Source: Basidiobolus meristosporus CBS 931.73
Lineage: Eukaryota; Fungi; Basidiobolomycota
Assembly (NCBI GenBank): GCA_002104905.1
Contig: MCFE01000071.1
Span: forward strand, 1 to 64,000
DNA length: 64,000 nt
Direction: 5' to 3'
Part shown: positions 39,634 to 51,845 of the stretch, in pieces
Position numbering within the stretch: position 1 is the stretch's first letter
Layout of the letters: the number at the start of each line of letters is the position of its first letter
Translations under genes and position numbers: made by a program
The notes under the pieces: generated by a model
Told to the model about the DNA's origin: nothing
What the model saw: the letters and a program-made list of their open reading frames with translations, nothing else
Databases searched by the model: none

Positions 39634-39992
39634 ATTAAAATTGATGGATGATCGTATGGAAGCGGTTTGAATCGATTCGGCGCAATCTGCATTATTTATC
39701 TGATTTTTAACACATTATGGTTAAATCTCCATCAATTGCCATGTATCCCATCATTATGTCGCAAAAATCATCCGCAAACAATGCCTTGGTACTTTTATTG
39801 ATGCTTTAATCATAGGTCTATAGTCAAATAGGAAATCTGCAATTGATGTGATCTGATCCGTGTCAACGTGATCCGAGATGCATCATGCACAATATATGGA
39901 AAATTCAACAATCACTTTAGTTTTCATATATATTTCATATAAGACCAGGTTGATGCCAATATACTGCTGTATAAGTATCCAAATCCGTTGCT

Positions 39993-41264
39993 ATGGTCCC
40001 CATACCAAGCCTCAACTCATCTTTAGTACAACCCAGACAAAACCCATCCCCCAGCTCACAAGCGCGGTCTGGACCGGAAAAGTCAATGTTGGATCCGTTT
40101 GAGTTCTTGCCAAATGATTTTAGTATGGCCCAAGTGTCTATGATGAGCCTTCATACAGATATTTGGGCACTACTGATTAATCTAGCAGAACTAGATACCT
40201 CAGAGAGTCGACAAAGATGGAAGAATTTGAGTAGAAAGCTGTGGCATGAGTTCTACATCAAGATGCCAGCCAATGTATGTAAAAAGATATATAACAAGAC
40301 AAGTATTGAAATCAAGAATGAGCTGAGAGTGAGGGGATTTGACAAGGAAGCCGCGCGGGAACAATTCCGCGCGCAATTTGCACAGTACGGGCTGGACGCG
40401 TCCGTTTGTGCATCAACTTTGGGAACCAAAGAGATTTTGAATGAGTTTTTGCCTCAAATGACTAATGTACTACGTGATATATTAGTAGAGCTAAGTGGCT
40501 TCTGAGAGCAATATACACAGGACTCATCCAGGCAACAGCTCCAAAGTATCAGACAGAGGGTAAGTGAATACCTTGAGGAATCAGATGGTGAGCTTCAGGA
40601 GGAAGAATACAGACCGCGAGCAACATCGTCCAGATCGCGCCAGCACGCCTCGCTGGATTCCCTACCATCTCTTGCAACCACAGTGCGCCGGCGCACGTCA
40701 GTCCAGACTACGCCAACACCCTTTACCAGAACGCCCCGCGTCGAGTCAACGCGCATTGAGTCAACGCGCGTCGGGTCAACGCGCGCGCTTCAGAGCAAAA
40801 CTACCAGAACTTGCCAAACTGCTCATTTAGACACAAGCCCATTGGAGCGGACCAAGTCGCGTCAACATGCGGCATCACATTGAACTCAGCCAAGGGCCAT
40901 CTCAACGCATCAAGGCGCGCCTGCGCGTGCTGTTTTGCCTGACCATCAGCGAGTTACTTCTGGTGAACTGACTGATGATGACCAACATGAAGTGACTCAA
41001 CCACTGGAGCCCTTGGCAAGTAAAAGAACGCATCAGCGCGTGGCACTACAGGCCGGTTCAGTTGGTTCAGTTGGTTCAGTCGGAGCGATTCAGCGCGGCC
41101 AAGCTGCAGCATTGCACTCATCAACTAGGAGGCAAAATACTGACTACAAATACACAAGTAGCCAAGATGATAGTCAGCCAGGAAGTAGTATAGGTGTGCA
41201 AAGTGAGTCACTACCAAATGCTTCAGTAGTAATCCCTGTGAGAAAAAAACCCAGGAGAAGATGA
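39993..41264 (+). pseudogene. Harbinger partner ORF2 (possible Myb/SANT-like N-terminus, disordered tail, C-terminal NLS) with two TGA stops
   Basis: ORF-track pieces 39993-40505, 40683-40883 and 40935-41264 lie in one frame, separated only by TGA 40503 and TGA 40881. RQRWKNLSRKLW resembles a Myb/SANT helix 3. Ends PVRKKPRRR. Confidence 0.7.
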
Positions 41265-42579
41265 TGCAATCGCTTTGAATCGCTCACATTTATAATGATC
41301 CCGACAACCCTTTTTTTTTGCGATCCAAATCAAGCCATTGCAAATCAGTGATCATCAAATTTTTGATATAAGTAATATCAAGGTTGTCTCACATTTGAGA
41401 CAGAACCTCTATAAATAAACACCCTGCATATATATACGTCATATGTAATACCAGTGCAGCTATTGGATCTGTTTTGCACCTACACAATCGCTTGTGTGCT
41501 AGCTATGACACCTTGCCCAATCACTAGGATCAGGGATTTACTTACTCAATGGGCTAAATGGGATATTTGATGGCAAATCAGGTAGCTTTTTCAGTAGTCA
41601 ATGAGCCAATTGGGGGCTGCCAGCTTCAGGATACTTTTGGACCAATTAACCACTGAGATACCATCCAATTGGAGTGAGGGTAACCAAAATGGTAAGTATC
41701 AGTGTAGTTTATAGTATGATACACATTTATTTCCATTTACATTAAAGAAACATATCCAAATACCGGATTTTACCTGCCATTATAGCGGTATCCAATTGCG
41801 CACGTGATGCAAGCATTACAAGTTGGCGCAATCATCCGCGCCAACCTCATCGTGTCAGATTGTGCCATAGTGTGCAAGATCGTCCCGCATAGTGCGAAAT
41901 TGTCCAAGAACAATCCTGCCTTCTGGTAGCTATAATATCGCGCCCGATTGTTCTTTGCAACCGCGGATCGCGCCGCGCGCCCTGGCACGGTACGATGGAA
42001 CAAGTCTTATAGCTTCACAATATTTGTTGGACTGCAGGAGCCTCTTTATATGGCGTATTACTGGAATATACCTCAGGTGTGAACATTGTTTTCCCCCAAT
42101 GGTGATGGATTCTGGACAAGATGGACACCTTACAATGGTGGCATTTCTGATGTGAATGCTATGCAACTATCAACACTTGTGGGTATCAGGCTGGTTGCTG
42201 GGTCATATGTTGCCAGCTGCATGACAGTTTTCCATTTATACCATGTACAAGATAAGTTGCATCTTGGGATGATTTTGGCAAGAAGTAGTAATAAGTCCTC
42301 AATGCCCCCATTACTGATATTTTTGGAAACACACCACTTCTCAAGCCACAACATCACATCATTAACCAGCAGATGGATTAGTGGGTTCACTTGACACCAT
42401 AACATATCCTTGGCATTTTTTTCCACAGGTGTTGTCTAATTGCATTATGGGATTTTGCCAGACTCATGCAGGGTACTGTTGTTAGGGAAGACAGGCCCAC
42501 AATCCATTAGTGAGCCTGCTGCTTCAGGGCTACCACTCTGCATGCCATATTCAGAAGGCTGGGGTGAGCCAAAAGGCAT

Positions 42580-43567
42580 TATAGTGGGGTCATAGTGACA
42601 CCCACTGACAAATGTGCTCATTCCCATACTTTCTATTTCCTTATTTTTCTACTACCCATATATTAGTTTTATCCCATTTTTCTTACTTGATCAGTACTGT
42701 CACATAAGCCAGCTGTCTATCACACCTGCTTACCTTATTGCAAAAGTTATTCCTCACTTTATGGAAGATTACTTGATGTAAGTGCATCTATATTAGGCAG
42801 GTACCCATGCCAGTACCGGTTATACATTACCAAACTGCATCACTGTCCCTACTATTTTCATATCAAATATGGTATCCCAGTGTTACACAGGTTTTAGAAT
42901 ACCAATCTCTGATTGGTTGGGTGTGCTGCGCCTCTTAAAACCTTCCAGTACCTACTTAGAATAATCTGAGAAAAGTATACAAAGGGGGGCAATCTCCCAA
43001 CAATAAATCATCATCCCTTTTATCAATATACCAACTTGTTGATTAGTGTGATCACTGCTACCTGCTGCAACCTGAACTCTAACCTTTGACCACAGCACAC
43101 TCCCAGGAACCCGTGCTGACAGCCAACTGACCTTGGAGGCACTACTTGTGAGGAATACCTAGAGTAGGTATCTTTTATAATATTTGATTCTTTCCCAAGT
43201 TTGTTCTTGTACAGACAAAGGTACTTTTCTGTCTTTGTAACTATTGACTACAGCTGCATTCTTATCAGGTTGCTGCTGGTGGAGTGTACAATTGTTTTGA
43301 CTTTGGAAGCTTTGGTAGATTGTCATCTCAGAGGATGATGAACCTAGCAATTACATTTGTTAAGACACCAACTAAGTTGGGGATTGTAGCTCAATAGTTT
43401 CCCTTGACAAGCATGTGGCTTTATTCCCCTGCACATTAGATTAGATACAGAAAGCAAGTATTCCTAGCAAGCTTTTGCCAGAGGTTATTGCACCCAGTGA
43501 GCATCCCACACACAAACACTTGAGAAGTGTTGGATGTATCCTTCCCTTGGACTTAAACACTGCCACA
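42580..43567 (+). mobile_element. Solo LTR of gypsy family G1, TSD GCAT/GTGT (inferred ancestral GCGT)
   Basis: TATAGTGGGGTCATAGTGACACCC...ACACTGCCACA, homologous to 49773-50843. Confidence 0.88.
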
Positions 43568-44059
43568 GTGTTGTAAACTCTCCTGACTCAATTTGTGCCA
43601 GGTGACACGTATGGCTAAATGCTATTATAGAAGTATCAAGTGGCTGGTAAGATATTGCTGGTAAAGTAGTGACTGGTAAATTGTCAAATAGGACTTGTGC
43701 GGCAAAACACTGGGTGTGATCCTTGTAATACTTCCTATGTTGTCCATGTGCTTCATGGCTGAGAGACTTACTACAATAGCCACATGGTCTTTTTTCTCTT
43801 CTCTTACAGTGTTGAATCAAAGTAGTCTTGTTCATGGGGCAAACAGTTTGACACTCAACAGCATAATGCTATTATAGCACTTTTTTGTCAATCCTGATGT
43901 GAGCTTATGACAGTCTTGTATTTGAGACATTGCACCTATATGAATATATGATTCAATGATGACCTGCCATAGAAAGCATTATAAATAAAGTTGCAGCACC
44001 ACATACACATGTAAATGTAATGCCATTTCCCCTTTAGTTTGACTCACTTTCATATATAT

Positions 44060-46253
44060 GCTGCCAAAAATAAAACAAAGTAGTTGGGCTCCAACCAAGC
44101 CCCACCACTGACTGCTGCAGAAGAACAGCTAGACAACAGCTTGCTTTGATATTCAGTGCAACAAGCAGGGCTACAACCAAAAAATGTCCTGTGGACAGTG
44201 TGCCCACTGAAGGGAACAATGTAAGCTCCTCAGGCTCTCAGTCAAGTAGGCAATTGAGAATCTCTGCAGAGCTGCTAGCTGACCATATTGCTAAGGTAGA
44301 TGAGAATGTAGCATATGCAGCACCTTCAGTTGAAGATCATCAAATGGCCATCACAACATTGCCACCACCCATATTATCAAGTATCATGTCAGCTCATACC
44401 AAAACATTAATGAAGCAATTAGGTGCAGTGGCTTAAAGCATAGATGCAATGGCCCAGATAAATCAGGCAATATTCCAGAAACAGGATGAGTGGATAAACA
44501 GTGTAGAGCAATCAATATCCCAGGTAGAGAAAGCAGTATCTTTGCTGCAAAGAAGGAACTCAAGTAGCTCAATGCACAGCCAAGAATTGAGCCATTTCTC
44601 AATGTAACAGCAGAGAAACACCATACAGTCTTTGAAGCACAACAACAGTGCCCAAAGATAAAGCCCACAGAAAAACCTATCACAGCATGGGAGGGAGAGG
44701 ATGTAGTGTTAATACTAAAGCCTTAAAATCAAAAGGCATTGGTATGCTAAGAAAGTATCTTAAGAATAGCAGAAAATATTAAAGGCAGAAGAACAACAGT
44801 GCCATGGCTAAGAACCAGCAGCTTCCTCAAGAGCCCATTACAAGCAGGGCCAAAAACTCCAGACAAGTGTCAAAGAGATGTCAGGTAGCTGGAAGAGTGC
44901 CAATTAGGGACCAACAGGCAGACACGGATGCACCAGCACAACATTTATCAAGGAAAAAGCATAGTATCACTTAAGAAGCACCTAGTCAAAGTAATAGTGA
45001 ATGACCTGGCAGTGATAATAACCAGTTGCTTTTACAGGAGCCTGTCACAACTTCAAATGAGAGCTCCAAACAAGCAGAAAAAAAACGTCAGGTTGCCAGA
45101 AGAGTGCCAGCAAGGGACAAGCAGGCCAAAGCATATGCTTCAGAGCAGAATTTATCCAGGAGAAAATGTAGTTCTGTACAGGAAGCACTCAGAAAAAGTA
45201 GTAGTCAAAGACCTGGCAATAATAAAGGAAAAGGTAGGGGGAAAATGTTTACCCAAGCCTGAGACAGGGAGGCATGCAAAAAAACTGCAGTTCCTGCTAA
45301 TTAATGCCACAAGCCAGGAACAGACTGAATCCCATCATAGCCAAGAAGAATTACCCACAAGTAAACAGCTGTTTTCACAAGAGTTGGAGGTGCAGCCAGT
45401 TGAGCTACACTTCAACAAGGTAGATGAGTCTGCTGAAAAAGGCAATTTGTCTACCGCAGCCTCCACATCCTCTGTTGTTAACAGAGTAGTGGTCCCACTG
45501 ACAGACAAGGCTACAACATCAAGAGCTTGAAAGACTACCACAATGCCTTCAGTGGAGCTTTAGAACATTAATAGGCACACCAAGAGGTTGCAGCACTTCT
45601 TCAAGAGCGGTGCACAAGAAAACACACTGGAATATTGCAAGGATTTATTGCAAAGACTGGTAGATGAGGTGCTGGACCTTGCAGTACCTGCTGAAGACCA
45701 GGACATGTGGGAATCAGTGAATGAACAGTGGCATAAAGCCATTGGGTTCCAACCAAAGTCATGGGACCAGAGTGTTACAGCAGAAATACTTATTGAGTGG
45801 TGAATTTTAATGGAGTTACTTGTTGAGTGTGGGGCTGGGCTTAATGTTAGTGTAGGGTACAGAGACTTATATAGGTCTGTGCAAATGGCAATTGATGTAC
45901 AACTGAAGTTTCAACAGAAATAAATCAATTGGTATGCATGAAAAGTAAGAGAAATGGCTGAGTCAGGAAGTAAGGTGTGTGAGAAAGAGGCAATAGCCAA
46001 TCAATGCACACAAGCTTAGGAGGGGATAGATTGTTTGGGATCAGAAAGTGAGCAAGTTGGCAGAGAACCAATCAAAAACCTCTTGTGCATTGTTGTGATG
46101 AAAAATTTTGACCAAGTTTTTTGTGAAATCTGGGGTGTATTATTTTTCAATGGTCTCTGGAGGGTGTCCTGATGGAATCAGTACCTCTTAGTCACGGGAT
46201 TTTAACTTTGTGACCACCTTTTGATGGGATCATATCAATAATTTCTCATAGGG
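44060..46253 (+). repeat. Longest copy of unclassified repeat family X (decayed coding region plus non-coding tail)
   Basis: Fragmented + strand ORFs 44146-45803. Homology to 28686-29903, 51170-51454 and 60532-60761. Left boundary approximate. Confidence 0.7.
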
Positions 46254-47603
46254 TAACTTTACAAAAATAAAGTTTAGAGGACAAGCCAAGGGAAAGATTC
46301 AGGGTGATACTCACTGTAGGCATTCCTTTACAAGTTTTTCTCAAGGACTTTTGGTAGAAGGCAGAGATCCACAGGTAAGTCAAGAGCAGTCTGATAAACC
46401 TGTTATTAATAGACACAAAGCAGGAGAATAGAGCTAGGCAAGGCAGGACCAGGAAAGGACTTAGGTATGGATCTACAAGCCAAGGCAGATTTTCAAGGCA
46501 AGACTGTTTATTCAAAACTTGTGTTTATCAGACTGAGGAATACATAAGAGGGGATAGAACTATATATACTTTCTGGCAATATGGATGTCAAGAGATGTTG
46601 GCTAACACTGATTGGATTCTGAGGTGAGGCACAGTAGGTGTGCTAAAATAGAAATATACTAAGGAACTGAGTGGATCATCACATGAGGATATGAGATGAG
46701 TTGGCTGGTCATGTGCCTAGGTCATGTGACATGCAGTTACTGTATATGGTACAGAGCTACATAAACTCCAAAGGGAAGCTTCCATACAATGTTTCATTGT
46801 GTAATGTTGACTTGGAGCTTTCCAGAAGTTGCTAGAATGTGGTAGAACTTACCAGAAGTAACAGGTATTTGTTCACCTGCTTGATTTGGTCAAATCATGA
46901 AAGGCTAAGGATGTCATATGAGCAAGACAAAAGTTGGATTTCTACCTAATTGTATTCATCCTTAATTATATTGAAATAAGGTAATAGATGTTCTTTGATA
47001 TAAGCTTAAATTTTTCATACAATTCCTGAGCCACATTGCTTTTTTTGTGGCTTTGCAGGCTGCCATGTACTCTGCCTCAGTGGTAAAGAGTGATACAGTT
47101 GGTTGCTTTCTCAAATTCCATGAAATTGCTCTATTATAGTTAAGAAAGGAGTGTTCTGTGGTGGATCTTCTGTCTTTCAAATTTTGTCCCCAATCAGCAT
47201 CAGAGTATGTCACATGATTCTGTTCTGAATCCTTATAAGTGTATCTTAAGCAGAAATCAGCAGTTCCTTTAGGTATGTAAAAATTGGCATTACTGCTGCA
47301 ATATGATCAGATCCATAGTTCTGACTATGCTGGCTGACAACTCCCACTGAATATGCAATTTCTGGATGTGTTCCAAGCATGATATACAGCAGACTGCCAA
47401 GCAATGAATGATAAGGAAAGTCAGGGCCTTCAGATGGTACCAAGCTCTCTTGATGTGGTTGAGTTTTGATCATGTTAAGGCTTGTCTCCATTGGGGTAGC
47501 TTCCAGTTTACAGTCTTCCATTTGGTACTTCTTTAGTATATCATGAATATACCTGGATTGGCTTAGGGTGATATTCTGGGTACTTCTGTCTATGGAGAAC
47601 TTA

Positions 47604-47941
47604 ATCCCTAAGTAGTAACTGAGTTCTCCTAGATTGGGCATCTTGAGCTCTTTAGATAGAGTGAATTAAGTCTCTTCCAATGTTTTGAGGTTGATGGTGG
47701 CTTTAATATGATCACTCACATATAGAGCTAATAGAAATAGGTTTGCTCTATCTGACTTACAGTATATACTATATCCCTAGGTAGTGACTGAGTTCTCCTA
47801 GATTGGACATCTTGAGCTCTTTAGATAGAGTGAATTAAGTCTCTTCCAATGTTTTGAGGTTGATGGTGGCTATAATATGATCATTCAAATATAGAGCTAA
47901 TAGAACTAGGTTTGCTCTATCTGACTTACAGTATACACTAT
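47604..47941. repeat. 169-bp tandem duplication inside the decayed copia RT
   Basis: Units start ATCCCTA(A/G)GTAG at 47604 and 47773 and are nearly identical. Confidence 0.85.
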
Positions 47942-49772
47942 AGTCAGCATTACTTGTTCTGAAACTCAAAGATTCCAAATAGGAATCTATTATGCAATTC
48001 CAGGCACTTAGTGATGGTTTGAGTCCATATAGAGACTTTTTAAGCTTCCAGAGCAAATGTGGGTTGTCTTGATCAGCTAACCCACTAGGCTGGTCAATTT
48101 ACACATCCTCATCAAGTTCTCCATTTAAAATGCAGCTTTTGCATCCACTGGATGTATAAAAAACTGATATTTGGCTGCAATAGCCTCTATTAATCTAATG
48201 GAATTAAAACTTGGCTACCAGTGCAAAGGTCTCAGTGTAGTCAGGTCCTTTTAGTTAAGAGTATCCTTTAGCCACAAGTCTTGCTTTGTATCTTGCAATT
48301 GTACAATCAGCCCTGATTTTGCTTGAAAAACCCATCTGCATCCAATTGATTTTGGTTGATTGGTAATTTGACTAAGTCCCAAGTTTAATTTTCCATCAGA
48401 CAACAGATCCTTTGACTTGATTAGCTTCCTTGCTTTAGTATTGTAGAGTCTGTATGCTTTATTCTCATTGCAGTAGCTTAAAAATATGCACTTTGCAATT
48501 TTGGTTCAGATTTGACTGATTTCTGGGCAGTTTCTTGACATATGCTCCACACCCAAATTGTCTTAGATGTTCTGCACTTGGTCTGTATGCATACCATGCT
48601 TCAAATGGAGTAGAAGCATGGAGTTTTCATTTTAACTCCTATTTTTGGGGTATTCAGCTGTGGCAACTGATTCTGTACTATATCTATAGGATAATTTTTG
48701 ATCATGTATTATACATCTTGCCATATCAATTATTGATCTGTTTCCACTTTCTGCTATTCCATTTTGATTTGGAGAGTATGGTACAGTAGTCTCTTGCCTA
48801 TCCCATGAATTTTTTACCAGTGGATGAACTGTTTTGAGGTGTATTCTCCACCATTGTCAGAACGTATCTTCTTAATTTCATTAAGCAGCTTCTCTCTCCA
48901 CCATAGCATTGAATTCTCAGAACTTAGACAGAGCTTCTTCCTTTCTCTCTATGAGGTAGACCCACATGTATGTTGCATAATCATCAATAAAAGTGATTAA
49001 ATACTTCATCCCACCTAAGGATAAATTTTGCATAGGTCCACACAGATCTGAGCAAATTAGATCTAATTTTGTCTTGATTTTGATTGACTTAGAGCTCTTG
49101 AACAGTTGTCTGGCTTATTGTCTTATATGTCAGCCTCACAGTGCTCCAAATTAGCTGGGGGATCAGTTTTTACTCTGGAAATCAGCTAACTATTGATCAT
49201 CTTGCACAAATAATCAAAATTGATGTGACCCAATCTCCTGTGCCTAAGCATTGGTGTTTCTTCATTTAAGTTACTATATTGGCTTCCAGATGTGATGGAA
49301 TATAAGTCAGCTTACACAGATTTGAATTTATGATACCAAAAGCAATATGAGCACCATTTTGATCAGTGACCCTGCATCCAGAATTGTCATAGTCAAAACT
49401 AAGCCCTTCTGCTGTGGCCTTGCTTACTAATAGTAGGTTTTTGGCTATTTTTGGTACATAGAGTACCTCTTTGAAGGTCAGCAAGTGGGATCCTTCACTT
49501 CTTCTAAGGCTTACTTGGATAGCTCCTTCTCCCACTTTATGAGGCATTCCATTGCCACCCATGAAAACTTTCTTAATTGGAATATCCTGATATGGAGTAA
49601 AAATTTTGTATTGTTGTTTATGGTGTTGAGATGCTCCAAAGTCAATATTCCACATCTGAGAATCCTTTTTGTGGTCATATTTTTTTGCTCATACAATTAG
49701 TCTTTCTTCAGTTGTTGCAGCATTTCCATATTTAGGCCTTTCTGCTGACTATCTCTTGTTTTCAAGCACCGG

Positions 49773-50843
49773 TGTAGTGGGGTGACAGTGACACCCACTG
49801 ACAGATGTGCTCATTCCCTTATTTTCTACTTCCCTATATCTCTACTACACTTATTTTAGTTTTATCCCATTTGTCCTACCCAATCAGTACTATCCCATAA
49901 GCCGGTTGCCTATCACACCTGCTTACCTTATTGCATAAGTTACCCCTCACTTTATGTAAGATTACTAGCTACAAGTGCTTCTATATTAGGCAAGTACCCG
50001 CGCCAGTACCCGTGACACATGATCAACCCGTGTCACCATCCCTACCATTTCCATACCATATATGGCATCCCCATGTTACACAGGTATCAGAATACTGATT
50101 CCTGATTGGTTGGATGTGCTGTGCCTCTTAGAACCTTCCGGCACCTACTTAGAACATTCTTAGGTCATTCTGATGTCATTAAGATTTCTATTGATCTCCG
50201 GAACCTTCTGGAACACCATGATTAGTAATCACTTAGCCAGTGAGAAAAGTATATAAGGGAGGCTATCCCTCAACAATAAATCATCATCCCTTTTATCAAT
50301 ATACTGACTTGTTGATTAGTGTGATCACTGCTACCTGCTGCTACCTGAACTTCCAACCCCAGACCACAGGACACTCCCAGGAAACCGCGCTGACAGCCAA
50401 CTGACCTTGGAGGCACTACTTGTGAGGAATACTCAGAGTAGGTATCTTTTATTATATTTGATTCTTTCCCAAGTTTGTTCTTGTACAGGCAAAGATACTT
50501 TTCTGTCTTTGTAACTATTGACCACAGCTGCATTCTTATCAAGTCCCTGCTGGTGGAGTTTACAGTTATTTTGACTTTGGAAGCTTTAGTACATTGTCAT
50601 CTCAAAGGACGCTGAACCCAGCACATACTTTTGTTAAGACGCCAACTAAGTTGGGGATTGTAGCTCAATAGTTTTCCCTTGACAAGCTTGTGGCTTTATT
50701 CCCCTTCACATTAGATTAGAGACAGAACCCAAGTATTCCTAGCAAGCTTTTGCCAGAGGTTATTGCACCCAGTGAACACCCCACACACAAAACACTTGAG
50801 AAGTGTTGGACGTAACTCTCCCTTGGACCTATACACCACCACA
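49773..50843 (+). mobile_element. Solo LTR of gypsy family G1 (1071 bp), perfect TSD CCGG
   Basis: TGTAGTGGGG...CACCACCACA. CCGG at 49769-49772 and 50844-50847. The empty site matches the copia gag near 32210-32235. Confidence 0.95.
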
Positions 50844-51169
50844 CCGGTCTGATGTGTGTCCTTTCCTTTTGCAGTAGTTGCAAAACAGATTGCTATTGCC
50901 TTTAAAAGATCTTTGGTATCTTCTTTGTTAGCTTTCATTACTCATGAACAAATCTTCTTTCTTCCTTCTTATTGGCATTTGATATTCTTAACTCTTTATG
51001 CAGGAGCCTTCCATAAAGATAACTTAAGATCAAATCTTCAGTTCTGGACTCTAGGGCTAATACAAGGACCTGAAAGTTGTCTGTCAGGCTGTTCAGGATG
51101 GTTTCAACTACATCTTCATAAGTAATTGGGACACCCACAGATTCCATTTAATCCACCAGCAGGGTATTC

Positions 51170-51454
51170 TCTATATGAAAAATTATTGTGATGACTCCAT
51201 CAAACAGCTGTCATAGATTCTCAGTCATGAGACCAAGTGGTATTGATTTCATCAGGACACTGTGCAAAGACTGTAACAAAATAATTGCACCCTGGATATC
51301 ATATAAAACTTAGTTAAATGTATCACAACAACAATATAAAGGTGGCTTTTGATTGGTTCTATGCCAGTTTTCTCACTTTGGGATCTCAGACACTCTATCA
51401 CCTCCTATGATTGTGTGCATTGACTGGCTATTGCCTCTTTTTCACGCGTCTTAA
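51170..51454 (-). repeat. Family X fragment, continuing at 60532-60761 after removal of gypsy G2
   Basis: Joining ...CTTTTTCACGCGT-CTTAC-TACCTGACTCAGC reproduces the family X sequence at 28955-28985. Confidence 0.75.
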
Positions 51455-51845
51455 TGTAAGTACTAAATGTAATACCCACTCTTTGTCCAAGAGCTCTCCC
51501 CAGAGTCCTACCCAATGTCCCCCAGTATCCTCCCTATGATTCCCCCATGCGTCCTCCCTCCTATCCCCACCCTTATCTAGTAAGAACACTTGCCATAACA
51601 GGAAGGTGTTCACACCCCTATTTTATAACAAATTGTGTGTTATCTAAGCCCCCCAAGTGATATATATATACCTATCCAATTGAACCAAGTTAGAGGACAA
51701 GAGGATTTAGATGGAATAAACACCAGTCTTTATTACCTTGCTACCTTCTATTGGAAGATATTCCGAACCAAGTGGTATCAACTTGACCTACAAGCTCTCC
51801 CACTCACAAAGTACAGTCAGTATTAACTCACATATTTGGTGCTGT

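Larger units (their letters stand above)
38566..42007. mobile_element. Complete PIF/Harbinger-like (IS5-related) DNA transposon, 3442 bp
   Basis: TIRs AGACTTGTTCC(G/A)T(T/C)G at 38566-38580 and 41993-42007. TAT duplicated at 38563-38565 and 42008-42010. Two divergent ORFs inside. Confidence 0.88.
36471..43835 (-). pseudogene. CACTA/EnSpm (Transposase_21/Tnp2-like) transposase, decayed and split by three insertions
   Basis: Pieces 43568-43835, 42008-42579, 37301-38565 and 36471-36500. Motifs ISDIFDGKHY, GDTPAINKTAGFSGH...CQKC and HLLPYL...GPCYTFWEFHME. Removing the 42580-43567 and 38566-42007 insertions rejoins the frame (ESGEFTTPFGSPQ; YCEAIKYC). Confidence 0.8.
46910..51170 (-). mobile_element. 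Heavily decayed Ty1/copia internal region of the same family, interrupted by a G1 solo LTR
   Basis: Fragments YSDADWGQNLKDRRSTT, LGELSYYLGIKFSIDRS, WNIDFGASQH and MESVGVPIT...LESRTEDL, colinear with 31833-35300. Confidence 0.88.

Noticed and set aside
46258-46753. Possible solo LTR of a further family (minus-strand TATA and AATAAA; ends in CA)
   Set aside because: No TG start, no TSD and no second copy in the window.
50270-50542. 90-aa antisense ORF repeated in G1 LTRs (also near 52021, 55407 and 63020), and a GT...AG intron-like stretch at about 50443-50497
   Set aside because: Recurrence is explained by LTR copy identity. The ORF is disrupted in other copies and there is no evidence of selection or splicing.
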